From a virus (Duplodnaviria > Caudoviricetes), in IMG/VR virus record IMGVR_UViG_3300009514_000034, positions 1 to 53,938 of that record: a DNA stretch of 53,938 bases, one strand, 5' to 3'. The position numbers and the translations under genes are program-made. The stretch's first letter is position 1. Each line of letters opens with the position of its first letter. Of this stretch, positions 26,762-36,013 are shown one piece after another. The notes under the pieces were generated by a model, which saw only the letters and a list, made by a program, of their open reading frames with translations, was not told where the DNA came from and made no database searches.

Positions 26762-28596
26762 TCAAACTGTGGATCTAAATTAACTATAGTTCCTTTGGCA
26801 TCTTTTTTAGCAGCAACTTCTTTTCTCTTTTCCTTTTTCTCCAACAGTGCTTCTGGGTCGATAGTTCCCTCATAAATGCCTTCTAAAGAATATTCTTTAA
26901 CCGGAAGTTTTTCATCCTTGTAATACCCATTCCTTTCATTAAAATGATCTGAGGAATAATTCAATCTCAGTCTGGGCATTCCCCCGTATCTGGGTCTAGT
27001 TAAATAACTGGCATCATCCCATATATCAAATACCTTTGACAGCTTTTTATCCGGGTGCGCCCGTGCGACACGCCCGATAGACTGAACAATCCAGTACATG
27101 GATTTAGAGAATTCCGCAAACACCACGTTATGCAATAATTCAATATTCACACCCTGTCTCATTGTCCCATAAGTAGCGATAATAATATGACCCGTATCAT
27201 TAATTAACTGGTCCTGTATCTGCTCACGTTTCTTTACACTGACTTCTCCCTTAACAACATGATATGTAAATTCAGGAAACTTCTCAGATAAAAAATCCAT
27301 CATATCATCCAGAGTTTCTTTCTTCTTGAATAAGATTAATGTATTCTGATCCTTTGGTAGGCTTTTTCCCTTGATAAGCATTTCAATTACTTTCTTCCGA
27401 CTACCATTATTTGTCAGTAAGTAATATTCATCATCAAAGTTCTGTCGGCACAGATATTTCCTGTCCTTTTCACTGTAGGGAATTTTTATAGCCAATACCT
27501 GTACGGGCGGGAGAATCCCCATCTCTATTAACTGCCATAACTTTATGACAACTTCTTTTCTACCCAGAGACCCCTCGATATAAGCTGCATCCAAACCTTC
27601 ATCGGGAAGCGTCCCGGACATACCCACCTTGAAATTATTGGCATTAACACACTGGGATAAAATATCTCTTAACTGTTCCCCACGGGTACTATGTGCTTCA
27701 TCTACAATTACAGTATCAAAAGATGAAAAGAATTTTTTAGCCTTCTTCGTATGTGTAGCACAATCGGGGCAATTTTTAATGGCCCGTTTATTTTTTGTTT
27801 TTAGCTTTTTACATGAAGCACACAGTGAACTAGGTAATTTAGGTTGCAGACTTTGCCATGTAGAAATGACAAAATCCTTATGCATGACTTCTTCCCCCAG
27901 TCCCAAATCTTTCAGTTTGTCTTTCTGTTTGGAACTTAACTTATCTTTAGATTCCCCGTATATCAGGGTACAGTATTCATCTGCTTCTTTCCAATCATAA
28001 TCATCAACAAAATTATTACGTAATTGTTTTACTAGCGTGGCTGACGGAGTGATAACCAGAACTTTTTTCTTTTCCACTTCCATCAGGTATCTTCCGATAA
28101 TCATTATGGACAGAGATTTGCCTGAAGATGTACATGCCATTATGGATACTCTTCTACCATTAATGGCACTTATACATATATCTAACTGGTGCTTGAATGG
28201 GATTATTGGCTTTTTCTTTTTTGGATTGTATAGCTTCAGGGTTTCAACGTATTTTTCCAACTTATCTTGGGTTAATGTTCCCTTTGGGTTGGAATACATT
28301 TTTCGGATATTATCATCGACACCTATCTTTATATTCTGATACTTTTCCTTAATATAATTGACGGCCTTGGGTATAAGTCCAATGGGAAGAATCCCTTTCT
28401 TTTTATCGAACACATATGAATTGCCGTCATGGAACCCTTCCTTGAAAGCCCATGTATGTTTTACCTTTTCGTTCTCGTAACGAAAACGTTTATATATATA
28501 ATTGATTATTTTCGTCTGAGATTCTTTTGTAGGGGCTGTAACTTCAACCTTTGCAAAATTGTCATCATATTGTTGAAAAATAATTGAAGTGTCCAT
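26758..28596 (-). CDS. uvsW: UvsW-like SF2 helicase
   Basis: CTSSGKS, STWQSL, IVDEAH, GMSGTL and QSIGRVAR. Confidence 0.88.
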   Translation of the reverse strand: MDTSIIFQQYDDNFAKVEVTAPTKESQTKIINYIYKRFRYENEKVKHTWAFKEGFHDGNSYVFDKKKGILPIGLIPKAVNYIKEKYQNIKIGVDDNIRKMYSNPKGTLTQDKLEKYVETLKLYNPKKKKPIIPFKHQLDICISAINGRRVSIMACTSSGKSLSIMIIGRYLMEVEKKKVLVITPSATLVKQLRNNFVDDYDWKEADEYCTLIYGESKDKLSSKQKDKLKDLGLGEEVMHKDFVISTWQSLQPKLPSSLCASCKKLKTKNKRAIKNCPDCATHTKKAKKFFSSFDTVIVDEAHSTRGEQLRDILSQCVNANNFKVGMSGTLPDEGLDAAYIEGSLGRKEVVIKLWQLIEMGILPPVQVLAIKIPYSEKDRKYLCRQNFDDEYYLLTNNGSRKKVIEMLIKGKSLPKDQNTLILFKKKETLDDMMDFLSEKFPEFTYHVVKGEVSVKKREQIQDQLINDTGHIIIATYGTMRQGVNIELLHNVVFAEFSKSMYWIVQSIGRVARAHPDKKLSKVFDIWDDASYLTRPRYGGMPRLRLNYSSDHFNERNGYYKDEKLPVKEYSLEGIYEGTIDPEALLEKKEKRKEVAAKKDAKGTIVNLDPQFD

Positions 28597-28650
28597 AATA
28601 ACTTAAAATATAAGTTATTATGTTATCGATTAGTATAATGGGTGGATGGG

Positions 28651-29412
28651 TTAATATTTCTGCTTTTCTTCCATGAATAATTCCATGATAGAAATACCTT
28701 TTTCTTTCGCCCTTCTATGTAATTCATTGGAAAATGTTTCATCCCATGTAACTCTAGAATGATTTCTTAAATATTCATTTCCATTTATAAGTCCCAGTTT
28801 CAATACTCTTTTTAATACATCATTATTAATGTTTACCATTAATTGCTGATTGTACAGTCGATCCTGTACTTCAGAAGACTCTACATACATATCTCTGGCT
28901 TTATCATAATATTTTCCCTCTTTACGGTCATAATAATAATCACCTATTGTATGTTCCAGATCGGGATCTCCTGATATCGATTCAAGTTTAGGATCTTTAT
29001 GTTGATGTTTTCTGAATTTCTTCCAAGATCTATCAGCACCCTTCATGTCCAGCTTCCTGTCTTCCTTCCAATAATCATGTTCCGATTTTTTCTGTGCGGT
29101 GGGTGATTGTTCAATACCTTTACCAGCATCAATATCTACAGTAACATCTGGATCTTTTTCAGGGGGGTCGTAGTTATAAATATGTTCTTCTTCATCAAAT
29201 TCATCGTCATCATCAGTTTCTGAGCCACCTAAATATTTGACATAATCTTCTGTATAACCTTCATCATATTCGTCAGTGTATACTTCAGCTTCTCTTGGTA
29301 GTACCGTTTCCATACATGCACGGAATCCCTGTATTACAGATTCGATCAACCCATCCTGTCCTTTACCTTTTAAAGATTCTAGGAATTTTTCGAATTTTTT
29401 TATTTTATTCAT
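28651..29412 (-). CDS. Leader-family protein 7
   Basis: The likely start is 29412: MNKIKKFEKFLESLKGKGQDGLIESVIQGFRACMET, followed by a multi-segment cargo. Confidence 0.8.
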   Translation of the reverse strand: MNKIKKFEKFLESLKGKGQDGLIESVIQGFRACMETVLPREAEVYTDEYDEGYTEDYVKYLGGSETDDDDEFDEEEHIYNYDPPEKDPDVTVDIDAGKGIEQSPTAQKKSEHDYWKEDRKLDMKGADRSWKKFRKHQHKDPKLESISGDPDLEHTIGDYYYDRKEGKYYDKARDMYVESSEVQDRLYNQQLMVNINNDVLKRVLKLGLINGNEYLRNHSRVTWDETFSNELHRRAKEKGISIMELFMEEKQKY

Positions 29413-29428
29413 TATATTTCCCTTTAAA

Positions 29429-29893
29429 CTAACTATAACCAGCACTAGAAATTGCTTTCAATGTAACATCTTCGATAAAATCATTATTTACATTTAATGT
29501 ACCTACCGATTCTGCATTGTCATCATGAACTTCAACATCGTATGGTATACTATATTGATCAGTAGTTCCGCTTACATACAATTGAGGATCTTGTATGTTA
29601 TAATTTTCACGAATGTCATTTATTTGTTTCATTATATCAGGATATTTCTTTTGAAAATATTCATTTAATTTAACATGTGCTTTAAATGTAACATAATCTA
29701 GTCTTCCATTAGGTCCCCTTCCATCATCCTCTTCTACTGGATTAAACTCATAGTCATAATTTTTATCGAATTCAAATCTTTCAACTCCTTCATAACATGC
29801 ATGAAACCCCTGCTTTAAAGATTCAAGCAATGTATCCTGACCATTCCCCTTCAGGGATTCTAGGAAGGTTTCAAATTTTTGTTTTTTATTCAT
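29429..29893 (-). CDS. Leader-family protein 8
   Basis: MNKKQKFETFLESLKGNGQDTLLESLKQGFHACYEG leader; late motif at 29914-29921 on the minus strand. Confidence 0.8.
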   Translation of the reverse strand: MNKKQKFETFLESLKGNGQDTLLESLKQGFHACYEGVERFEFDKNYDYEFNPVEEDDGRGPNGRLDYVTFKAHVKLNEYFQKKYPDIMKQINDIRENYNIQDPQLYVSGTTDQYSIPYDVEVHDDNAESVGTLNVNNDFIEDVTLKAISSAGYS

Positions 29894-29927
29894 GATATGT
29901 CCTTATTTTCAATAGTTTATAATTACT

Positions 29928-30965
29928 TTATTTCCCCAATAAGTCGTTCACATCATCAGAAACATCAGATTCTTCCTTATCTTTCTCCAGTGTTTTCTTC
30001 TTTTTAACTTCATTTTCTTCATCAATAATTTCTTCGGTTTCGGTTTCCGGGGGTTCTCTTAATTCATTTTCTTCATCAATAATATCCTGAGCATCATCTT
30101 CCGTAACATCAGGTTCACGTTCTTCATTTTCCTCATCGATAATATCCCCGGCTTCTTCAGGAACTTCCCTTGAGATTTCTTCAGGCTCGTCTCTTTCCTG
30201 AATGATTTCCTCAGAACCCTGATTTTCCTGACTTTTCTGAAGTTCATCGGTGGCTTTTTCCAAGGGTTCAAGAAAATCTTCTTTTACATCTTGGGTAACT
30301 TCCACCAATTCAACATCCTTATTCAGTGCTCTTTTACCGTCATCCAGATCTCTGGAGATTTCATCATTAATTTTTATATTATTATCAAAGGTTTTCGCAT
30401 CTTTCATTATAGCCTTGGCGTTGTTTCCAAATTCATATACGACAGCCAGTAAATGCTTACACATTATATGTTTTCTTTCGGGATCTCTCTTATCGGGTGC
30501 GTGAGTAACCACGGTTTTTTCATATTTGTGTCCAGCATTATGTCCGGGAGAAAGGGCATTTTTATAATCCCCCTTGGGACCCAGATTATATTTCATACCG
30601 CTCCAATAAAAATCTTTACAGTTACAGTACACCTTAACTTCTGATTCTGCAAAAGCATCAGAAACAGCAGCGACACTTTTTCTCACACCCTTATGTTTTC
30701 TGGCCACGCCAAATAATCCCCCAACCACGGGAACATGGAATTCAACTATACATTCATAATCTTGTGTACCTGACTGACTGGGAACTGCCCAGTGGGTTCT
30801 GGCATGCCCGGATTGTCCCTGATCTAAAAAAGCATATACGGCAGTAAGGTCAAGAGATCTGGTTCTTCTACCATCATCTGACATGTCATGTAAATCCATT
30901 AAACTGTATTCCATCAGGGGATACATTTTCTTGGCGTTTTCTACGAGTCGGTTTATATTAATCAT
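29928..30965 (-). CDS. SWIM-type zinc-finger protein with an acidic repeat tail
   Basis: VYCNCKDF...MCKHL and three IIDEENE repeats. Confidence 0.65.
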   Translation of the reverse strand: MININRLVENAKKMYPLMEYSLMDLHDMSDDGRRTRSLDLTAVYAFLDQGQSGHARTHWAVPSQSGTQDYECIVEFHVPVVGGLFGVARKHKGVRKSVAAVSDAFAESEVKVYCNCKDFYWSGMKYNLGPKGDYKNALSPGHNAGHKYEKTVVTHAPDKRDPERKHIMCKHLLAVVYEFGNNAKAIMKDAKTFDNNIKINDEISRDLDDGKRALNKDVELVEVTQDVKEDFLEPLEKATDELQKSQENQGSEEIIQERDEPEEISREVPEEAGDIIDEENEEREPDVTEDDAQDIIDEENELREPPETETEEIIDEENEVKKKKTLEKDKEESDVSDDVNDLLGK

Positions 30966-31758
30966 TTTTATGGAAAAAATCCTTTACGGCTTGAGACATG
31001 TTAAATAAATAGGGGTCTTCCTGATAAGGAAGCTTCAGTACCACGGCATATTTTTTAGGAGAAACCTGAATGGAAAATATTTGTTCATTATGGGCGGGGT
31101 CCATCTGGATATAAGGGACCTTTCTCACTTCTCCCGTTGGTTTTTTTGTTTTTTTATCCTTGATTTTATATGCTGGATCAGGAATCATTTCAACTTCTTT
31201 ATCATCATCCATCCTTTTATACATGGTCAATATGAACTTCCCTGAATTGTATGAAAACCTGTTTAGTCTGGGATTGAAGCATCTTATCTTCTTTGAATTT
31301 TTATCAACGTGGGGCTTGAGACAATAAAGCCCTTCTCTTTCAAGTTTTTTCCAGTTTTCACTGTTCAGAATAATTTTAACTTCCTGTGGGGTGAACATAT
31401 CAGAAATGGCCTGTAATCCCTGTTCATCGATATTTATAAAGTTATTATCATAAAGAATTGCCTTGACCCCGAAGTCCGTGGCAAATTTTACCGTACTTTT
31501 TTCCTTTTCCGGTTTTTCCTGTTCTTCTTTCTCTTTTTCCTCTTTCTGTTCGATTTGCTGGTAAATTCTTTCTTTCCGTTTGGCCTTGGGTAAAATCGGA
31601 ACTTCCCCCTTCGAAGTGATATCCTCAATATCCATCATATTGGGAAGTCTGGTGTCTTCCATAATGGATTCAATTAAACTTTCATTGAAATGTCTGGTTT
31701 TTTCAGAAAATCTGGCCTTTTCGGATTCCAAAAATGATAATAACTGGGATTTTTCCAT
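30958..31758 (-). CDS. Hypothetical late protein with a divergent leader-like N-terminus
   Basis: MEKSQLLSFLESEK...ESLIESIME; late motif at 31765-31772 on the minus strand. Confidence 0.65.
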   Translation of the reverse strand: MEKSQLLSFLESEKARFSEKTRHFNESLIESIMEDTRLPNMMDIEDITSKGEVPILPKAKRKERIYQQIEQKEEKEKEEQEKPEKEKSTVKFATDFGVKAILYDNNFINIDEQGLQAISDMFTPQEVKIILNSENWKKLEREGLYCLKPHVDKNSKKIRCFNPRLNRFSYNSGKFILTMYKRMDDDKEVEMIPDPAYKIKDKKTKKPTGEVRKVPYIQMDPAHNEQIFSIQVSPKKYAVVLKLPYQEDPYLFNMSQAVKDFFHKND

Positions 31759-31922
31759 ATCTAAAGTTTATACTTTTATCTAAAATAAATCATTTAAAAG
31801 GGAAAACATAAAGGGACAGCCCCCTTCCTCCTCCTAGTCCCTTGGTTTGCAAAATATGAATTTTTAAGGTAAGAGAAAAAATATATGTCTCTTTTAGAAT
31901 TAATAATTTAGATTTCATTTAA

Positions 31923-33344
31923 ATGAAAGAATCTAAAAATATCAAAAAAGCTATAGAAATCCCCGAATCTTTCCTTAAAGATTTAAAGATTTGCTTAGAC
32001 CTGCACCCCCCAGAATTTTCATTTAAGTATGATTTGGATCATTTTCTCTACATAGCCAGTAAAATCATACACATCAAGACATTTAAGAAATTTTCAAATT
32101 TGAAAAAAGTGCCTATCTCATCCGTGGTACTCAGATTCGAGATAGGTAAGCATTACAGGCGGTATCTTGAATACCTGCTAAAATACAAGTTCATAGAAAC
32201 AGATAATCATTACATTGTAAAATCTGAAGACAGGGAAGGTAAATGTAAGTGTTATTGTTTCTCCAGAAGGTATGCCAGTAAGGGGTATGAGAAATATGAA
32301 ATCACCAAAAAATCATTATTAAATAAAATAGAGTCTTGGAAGCATAGGCAATTCGGTAAAATGATAAGCGATGATATGCTATCTCACCTTTATTCCATGA
32401 TGAATAAAATAACCATCGACATGGATGCTGTTAAAATTTACCTATCTGAAGCTGTGAAAAGCAAAGCAATCACCCAGCGGAAGGCCAATATTGAACTCAG
32501 TAAGTGTGAGAAAATAAATGACAAGGAAACCAACCTATTTTTAACTAAGGATTCCTATGGCAGGGTTCATACCAATTTCACCAATATCTCCAAGCACATA
32601 AGGGAGAATTTTCTTTCTTTACATGGAGAAAAACTGGTTCACTTGGATATCATTTCTTCTCAGCCAGCTATGCTTTATAATTTATTCAAGGATTACCTTA
32701 TGGAAGTTCTTGATATTGTCGAAAAAAGACAGGAGGATGAGTATTATACTTCTCCGAAAGAATATAAGTGGAAAGGTGTTGATGTAAGGGATAAATATGT
32801 TAATAAGTCAAACAGTTATACTGGTAAGCATATTTACAGTAATAAGTTCATGCCAGTGGTGGAAAAACACGGCGAGGACTCGTACATGGATTTACTGGAA
32901 AAGGGTTTTGAAGAATTGACTTTTTATAAAAAATCTTTACAGGCCGATATATATGAAATTTTCCGTGATTCTTGGAAGCATTATTTCGGGGAGGATAGAA
33001 CCAGAAAAGAAATGAAACAGGAGTGGGTTTCCTATGTATTCGGTCAGAATAATTCTCCCGGTCATGATAAGTTTAAATATTTATGGGATGAAGAGTTTCC
33101 CATACTGAATAAAATTTTGAAGAATTTTAAAAATGGTAATCACAAACCTCTGTCTCATGAATTACAGAGAAAGGAATCTGATCTGGTTTTTAATAAATTG
33201 TGTCCCAAGATTGATAATATGAATATTGATTATTTCACAGTACATGACTGTGTAGTGGTGCCGGAATCAGTAGCTGATGATGTATATAATGTTTTCAGTA
33301 AAATCTTAAAAGAAAATAACGTTGTTACGGGTGTGGATTACTGA
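31923..33344 (+). CDS. Family-A polymerase-palm-like protein (no exonuclease domain seen)
   Basis: YGRVHTNFT, LDIISSQP (motif A-like), RKEMK (motif B-like), LQRKES and TVHDC (motif C-like). Confidence 0.6.
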   Translation: MKESKNIKKAIEIPESFLKDLKICLDLHPPEFSFKYDLDHFLYIASKIIHIKTFKKFSNLKKVPISSVVLRFEIGKHYRRYLEYLLKYKFIETDNHYIVKSEDREGKCKCYCFSRRYASKGYEKYEITKKSLLNKIESWKHRQFGKMISDDMLSHLYSMMNKITIDMDAVKIYLSEAVKSKAITQRKANIELSKCEKINDKETNLFLTKDSYGRVHTNFTNISKHIRENFLSLHGEKLVHLDIISSQPAMLYNLFKDYLMEVLDIVEKRQEDEYYTSPKEYKWKGVDVRDKYVNKSNSYTGKHIYSNKFMPVVEKHGEDSYMDLLEKGFEELTFYKKSLQADIYEIFRDSWKHYFGEDRTRKEMKQEWVSYVFGQNNSPGHDKFKYLWDEEFPILNKILKNFKNGNHKPLSHELQRKESDLVFNKLCPKIDNMNIDYFTVHDCVVVPESVADDVYNVFSKILKENNVVTGVDY

Positions 33345-33712
33345 GTATTCCATTCTCTAACTAACGAATCAATCATATCAGAAGCATGTCCCAAGGTTTT
33401 TAATAAATCTGCTACTTGTTGTTCTTCGATATTAGGAAGTTTTTTATGTAATACATAATAAAGAATTTTTGTTTTAGCATTGATTTTACTTAATGTGTCA
33501 GTTAATGGACGTATATCTTGTATTCTTCTTTCAGAATCTTCCAACTGTTCGGGAGATAAGTTATTTCTAACAGGTGGGTTTACACCGGGAGGAAACATAT
33601 CCATGTTTTCATAACATGTCTGAAATCCTTGTTTTACAGTTTCAATAAGTTCATCCTGACCTTTTCCTTTCAGGGATTCTAAAAAATTCTCAAATTTTTT
33701 GATATTATTCAT
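33338..33712 (-). CDS. Leader-family protein 9
   Basis: MNNIKKFENFLESLKGKGQDELIETVKQGFQTCYEN leader; late motif at 33743-33750 on the minus strand. Confidence 0.8.
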   Translation of the reverse strand: MNNIKKFENFLESLKGKGQDELIETVKQGFQTCYENMDMFPPGVNPPVRNNLSPEQLEDSERRIQDIRPLTDTLSKINAKTKILYYVLHKKLPNIEEQQVADLLKTLGHASDMIDSLVREWNTQ

Positions 33713-33803
33713 GATTTATGTCCTTAAATATTGGATGTAAATAGTTTATAATTCAGTGGATTTTTAACCTATGTTATGTAAAAAAGGTAACATAGGTTAA
33801 ATT

Positions 33804-34070
33804 ATGATAATAAAAAAAGAATTAGGGATTATAGAATCAGTTGATAATGATAATAAAGTGTTCAATTTACTGGGATATGGCACATATTTGGGCGAATATG
33901 ATAAATCAGTCGATGGACTTGACGATATAACTGTCAAAACCCCAAAAGTCAGACTGGAAAATGGGAAAGAAGTCTGGGTTGACGAATATAATTTCTTCGC
34001 TAGTAGACAGAGAATTGAAGAAATGGTGGCCGAATACAAAAATAAAGGTTACACCATTAACATGAAATAA
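33804..34070 (+). CDS. Hypothetical protein
   Basis: 88-aa ORF with LLGYGTYLG...PKVRLENGKEVW. Confidence 0.65.
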   Translation: MIIKKELGIIESVDNDNKVFNLLGYGTYLGEYDKSVDGLDDITVKTPKVRLENGKEVWVDEYNFFASRQRIEEMVAEYKNKGYTINMK

Positions 34071-34084
34071 TTTAAATTGTTATA

Positions 34085-35125
34085 ATGGATATTATTATTC
34101 CCCATTATAACACCAGCCGATATCGAGAACGTAATCTGGAATATGTTCTTCAGTATTATGTAGATAATACTGACTGTAATATTATTTTATCGGAACAATT
34201 TGAATCATCATCTAAATCTGGAGGACATGAATTAAGGAATTCCAGAGTTTTACATGGTAAAACTTATTTTAATGACAGTATATTCAGAAAATCACATTTA
34301 ATTAATAATGGGGTGGCTTGCTCCACATCTGAACATGTTATGTTGGTAGATAGTGATTGCATTTTATCAAAGGATGTTTTAGACAACATCTCTAAATATT
34401 TGAAAAAATATGATTACTTCGTTCCATTCACTCATATTAATTTTTTAAATGAGGGTCATACCAGACAGTTAGTAAGAACGGGTCATTTTACTCAAGCTAG
34501 AGATAAATCCTTTTTACATGTTAATAGATATACTGGTGGATGTATAGTGTTTACCAGAGAGCTATTTGACAGTGTTTGTGGATTCCCGGAAGAAGTCTTG
34601 GGATGGGGAAAAGAAGACGATATTTTTCTTACGAAATGTAAGCGTATAGGTGCTAAGATAGGTCGGATTGAAGAAAACAATACATTACTTCATTTATTTC
34701 ATACTCCTTCTTCCACAAAAGAATACATGAAAAGCGAACAGTATTTAAAAAACAGTAAGTTGTTGGCTTTATTTAAACGCATGAAAGATGAAGAATTTTA
34801 CCAATATATAGATGATAAAGAATTTATTCTTCGAGACAGTCTATTAGAAAATTTGTATTCGAAATATGATAAAGAGAAAAAACTGGAAACCAACGTCAAA
34901 GTTTACTGTGGCACAGGATTTGTAAAATTTGATACCAGTGCTTATACTATCATACCAGATGAAAATGGTAACATCGGACTTGAAGAATTATTTTCCGCTG
35001 CATATAACGAGGACGGAGATGAGTCTGTCGCCCACACTATTCGGGAAATTGATAAGAATTGTAGGAACTTATCTCCCGAACATGAAAGTATAGTAAAAAA
35101 ATATCGTGATCTAATTACCCAGTGA
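34085..35125 (+). CDS. Glycosyltransferase (GT-A fold, GT2/GT7-like)
   Basis: DIIIP, RERNL, LVDSD (DxD) and GFPEEVLGWGKEDD. Confidence 0.8.
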   Translation: MDIIIPHYNTSRYRERNLEYVLQYYVDNTDCNIILSEQFESSSKSGGHELRNSRVLHGKTYFNDSIFRKSHLINNGVACSTSEHVMLVDSDCILSKDVLDNISKYLKKYDYFVPFTHINFLNEGHTRQLVRTGHFTQARDKSFLHVNRYTGGCIVFTRELFDSVCGFPEEVLGWGKEDDIFLTKCKRIGAKIGRIEENNTLLHLFHTPSSTKEYMKSEQYLKNSKLLALFKRMKDEEFYQYIDDKEFILRDSLLENLYSKYDKEKKLETNVKVYCGTGFVKFDTSAYTIIPDENGNIGLEELFSAAYNEDGDESVAHTIREIDKNCRNLSPEHESIVKKYRDLITQ

Positions 35126-35220
35126 TCATAATCACAAACAGGGTTAAATGTGATTTTCCTCATCATGTTTGAATTATAAATGTTTTATATTCATTATATA
35201 ACCTTAACAGGGAGTATAAA

Positions 35221-35976
35221 ATGAAATTAACATTCTTAGGTTCCGGTTCAGCATTTTGTCTGGACAACTATCAATCCAATATGATGATTGAGAAAAATGG
35301 TAAAAGGCTTTTAATTGACTGTGGTGGAGATATCAGGTGGTCACTCAAGGAGAAAGGATTAACTTGTAACGATATCGATGGCATTTATATTAGTCATGAA
35401 CATAATGACCATATAGGTGGCCTTGAGTATGTGGCATTTTCCACATATTTCAATCCTAATAAAGAAGCCATAAAACTATTCGGTGAAGGAGAAATGCTTG
35501 ATCATATGTGGGACCATTCTCTGGCGGGTGGATTGAATTCCATTCAGGGACAAAAGGTAGGACTGGATGATTATTTTGATGTACGCAGAATAAAGAAAAA
35601 CGATTCTTTTACATGGGAAGGAATCGAATTCCAACTGATACAAGTAGTCCATGTTATGGCCGAATACAGTATTGTCCATTCTTATGGATTGATGTTCACT
35701 GGTGATAAAGGTAAGAAAATATTTATTACTACTGATAGCCAGCATTGCCCAAATCAGATAAAAACTTTTTACGCTGATTGTGATGTTATTTTTCAAGATT
35801 GCGAAACTGCGCCTTATCCATCAGGGGTACATGCACATTATACTGAATTAATTACTTTAGATAAAGCATTTAAAAATAAAATGTATTTATATCATTATCA
35901 GGATGGAGAAAAATCCGATTGTAAAAAAGACGGATTTACTGGATGGGTTAAAAAAGGTCAGGTGTTTGATTTATAA
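35221..35976 (+). CDS. Metallo-beta-lactamase-fold hydrolase, Apyc1-like
   Basis: FLGSGSAF, LLIDCG, SHEHNDHIGGLE, WDHSLAGGL, IFQDCET, VHAHY and LYHY. Confidence 0.8.
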   Translation: MKLTFLGSGSAFCLDNYQSNMMIEKNGKRLLIDCGGDIRWSLKEKGLTCNDIDGIYISHEHNDHIGGLEYVAFSTYFNPNKEAIKLFGEGEMLDHMWDHSLAGGLNSIQGQKVGLDDYFDVRRIKKNDSFTWEGIEFQLIQVVHVMAEYSIVHSYGLMFTGDKGKKIFITTDSQHCPNQIKTFYADCDVIFQDCETAPYPSGVHAHYTELITLDKAFKNKMYLYHYQDGEKSDCKKDGFTGWVKKGQVFDL

Positions 35977-36013
35977 TATTTTATATTTTAATGAAAGTTA
36001 AAAGGAGAATATT

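Noticed and set aside
28631-28645. TAGTATAATGG match to the IS terminal repeat near leader gene 7
   Set aside because: The match is only 11 bp, lacks the GGGTGGGG terminus and has no partner repeat; it is probably chance.
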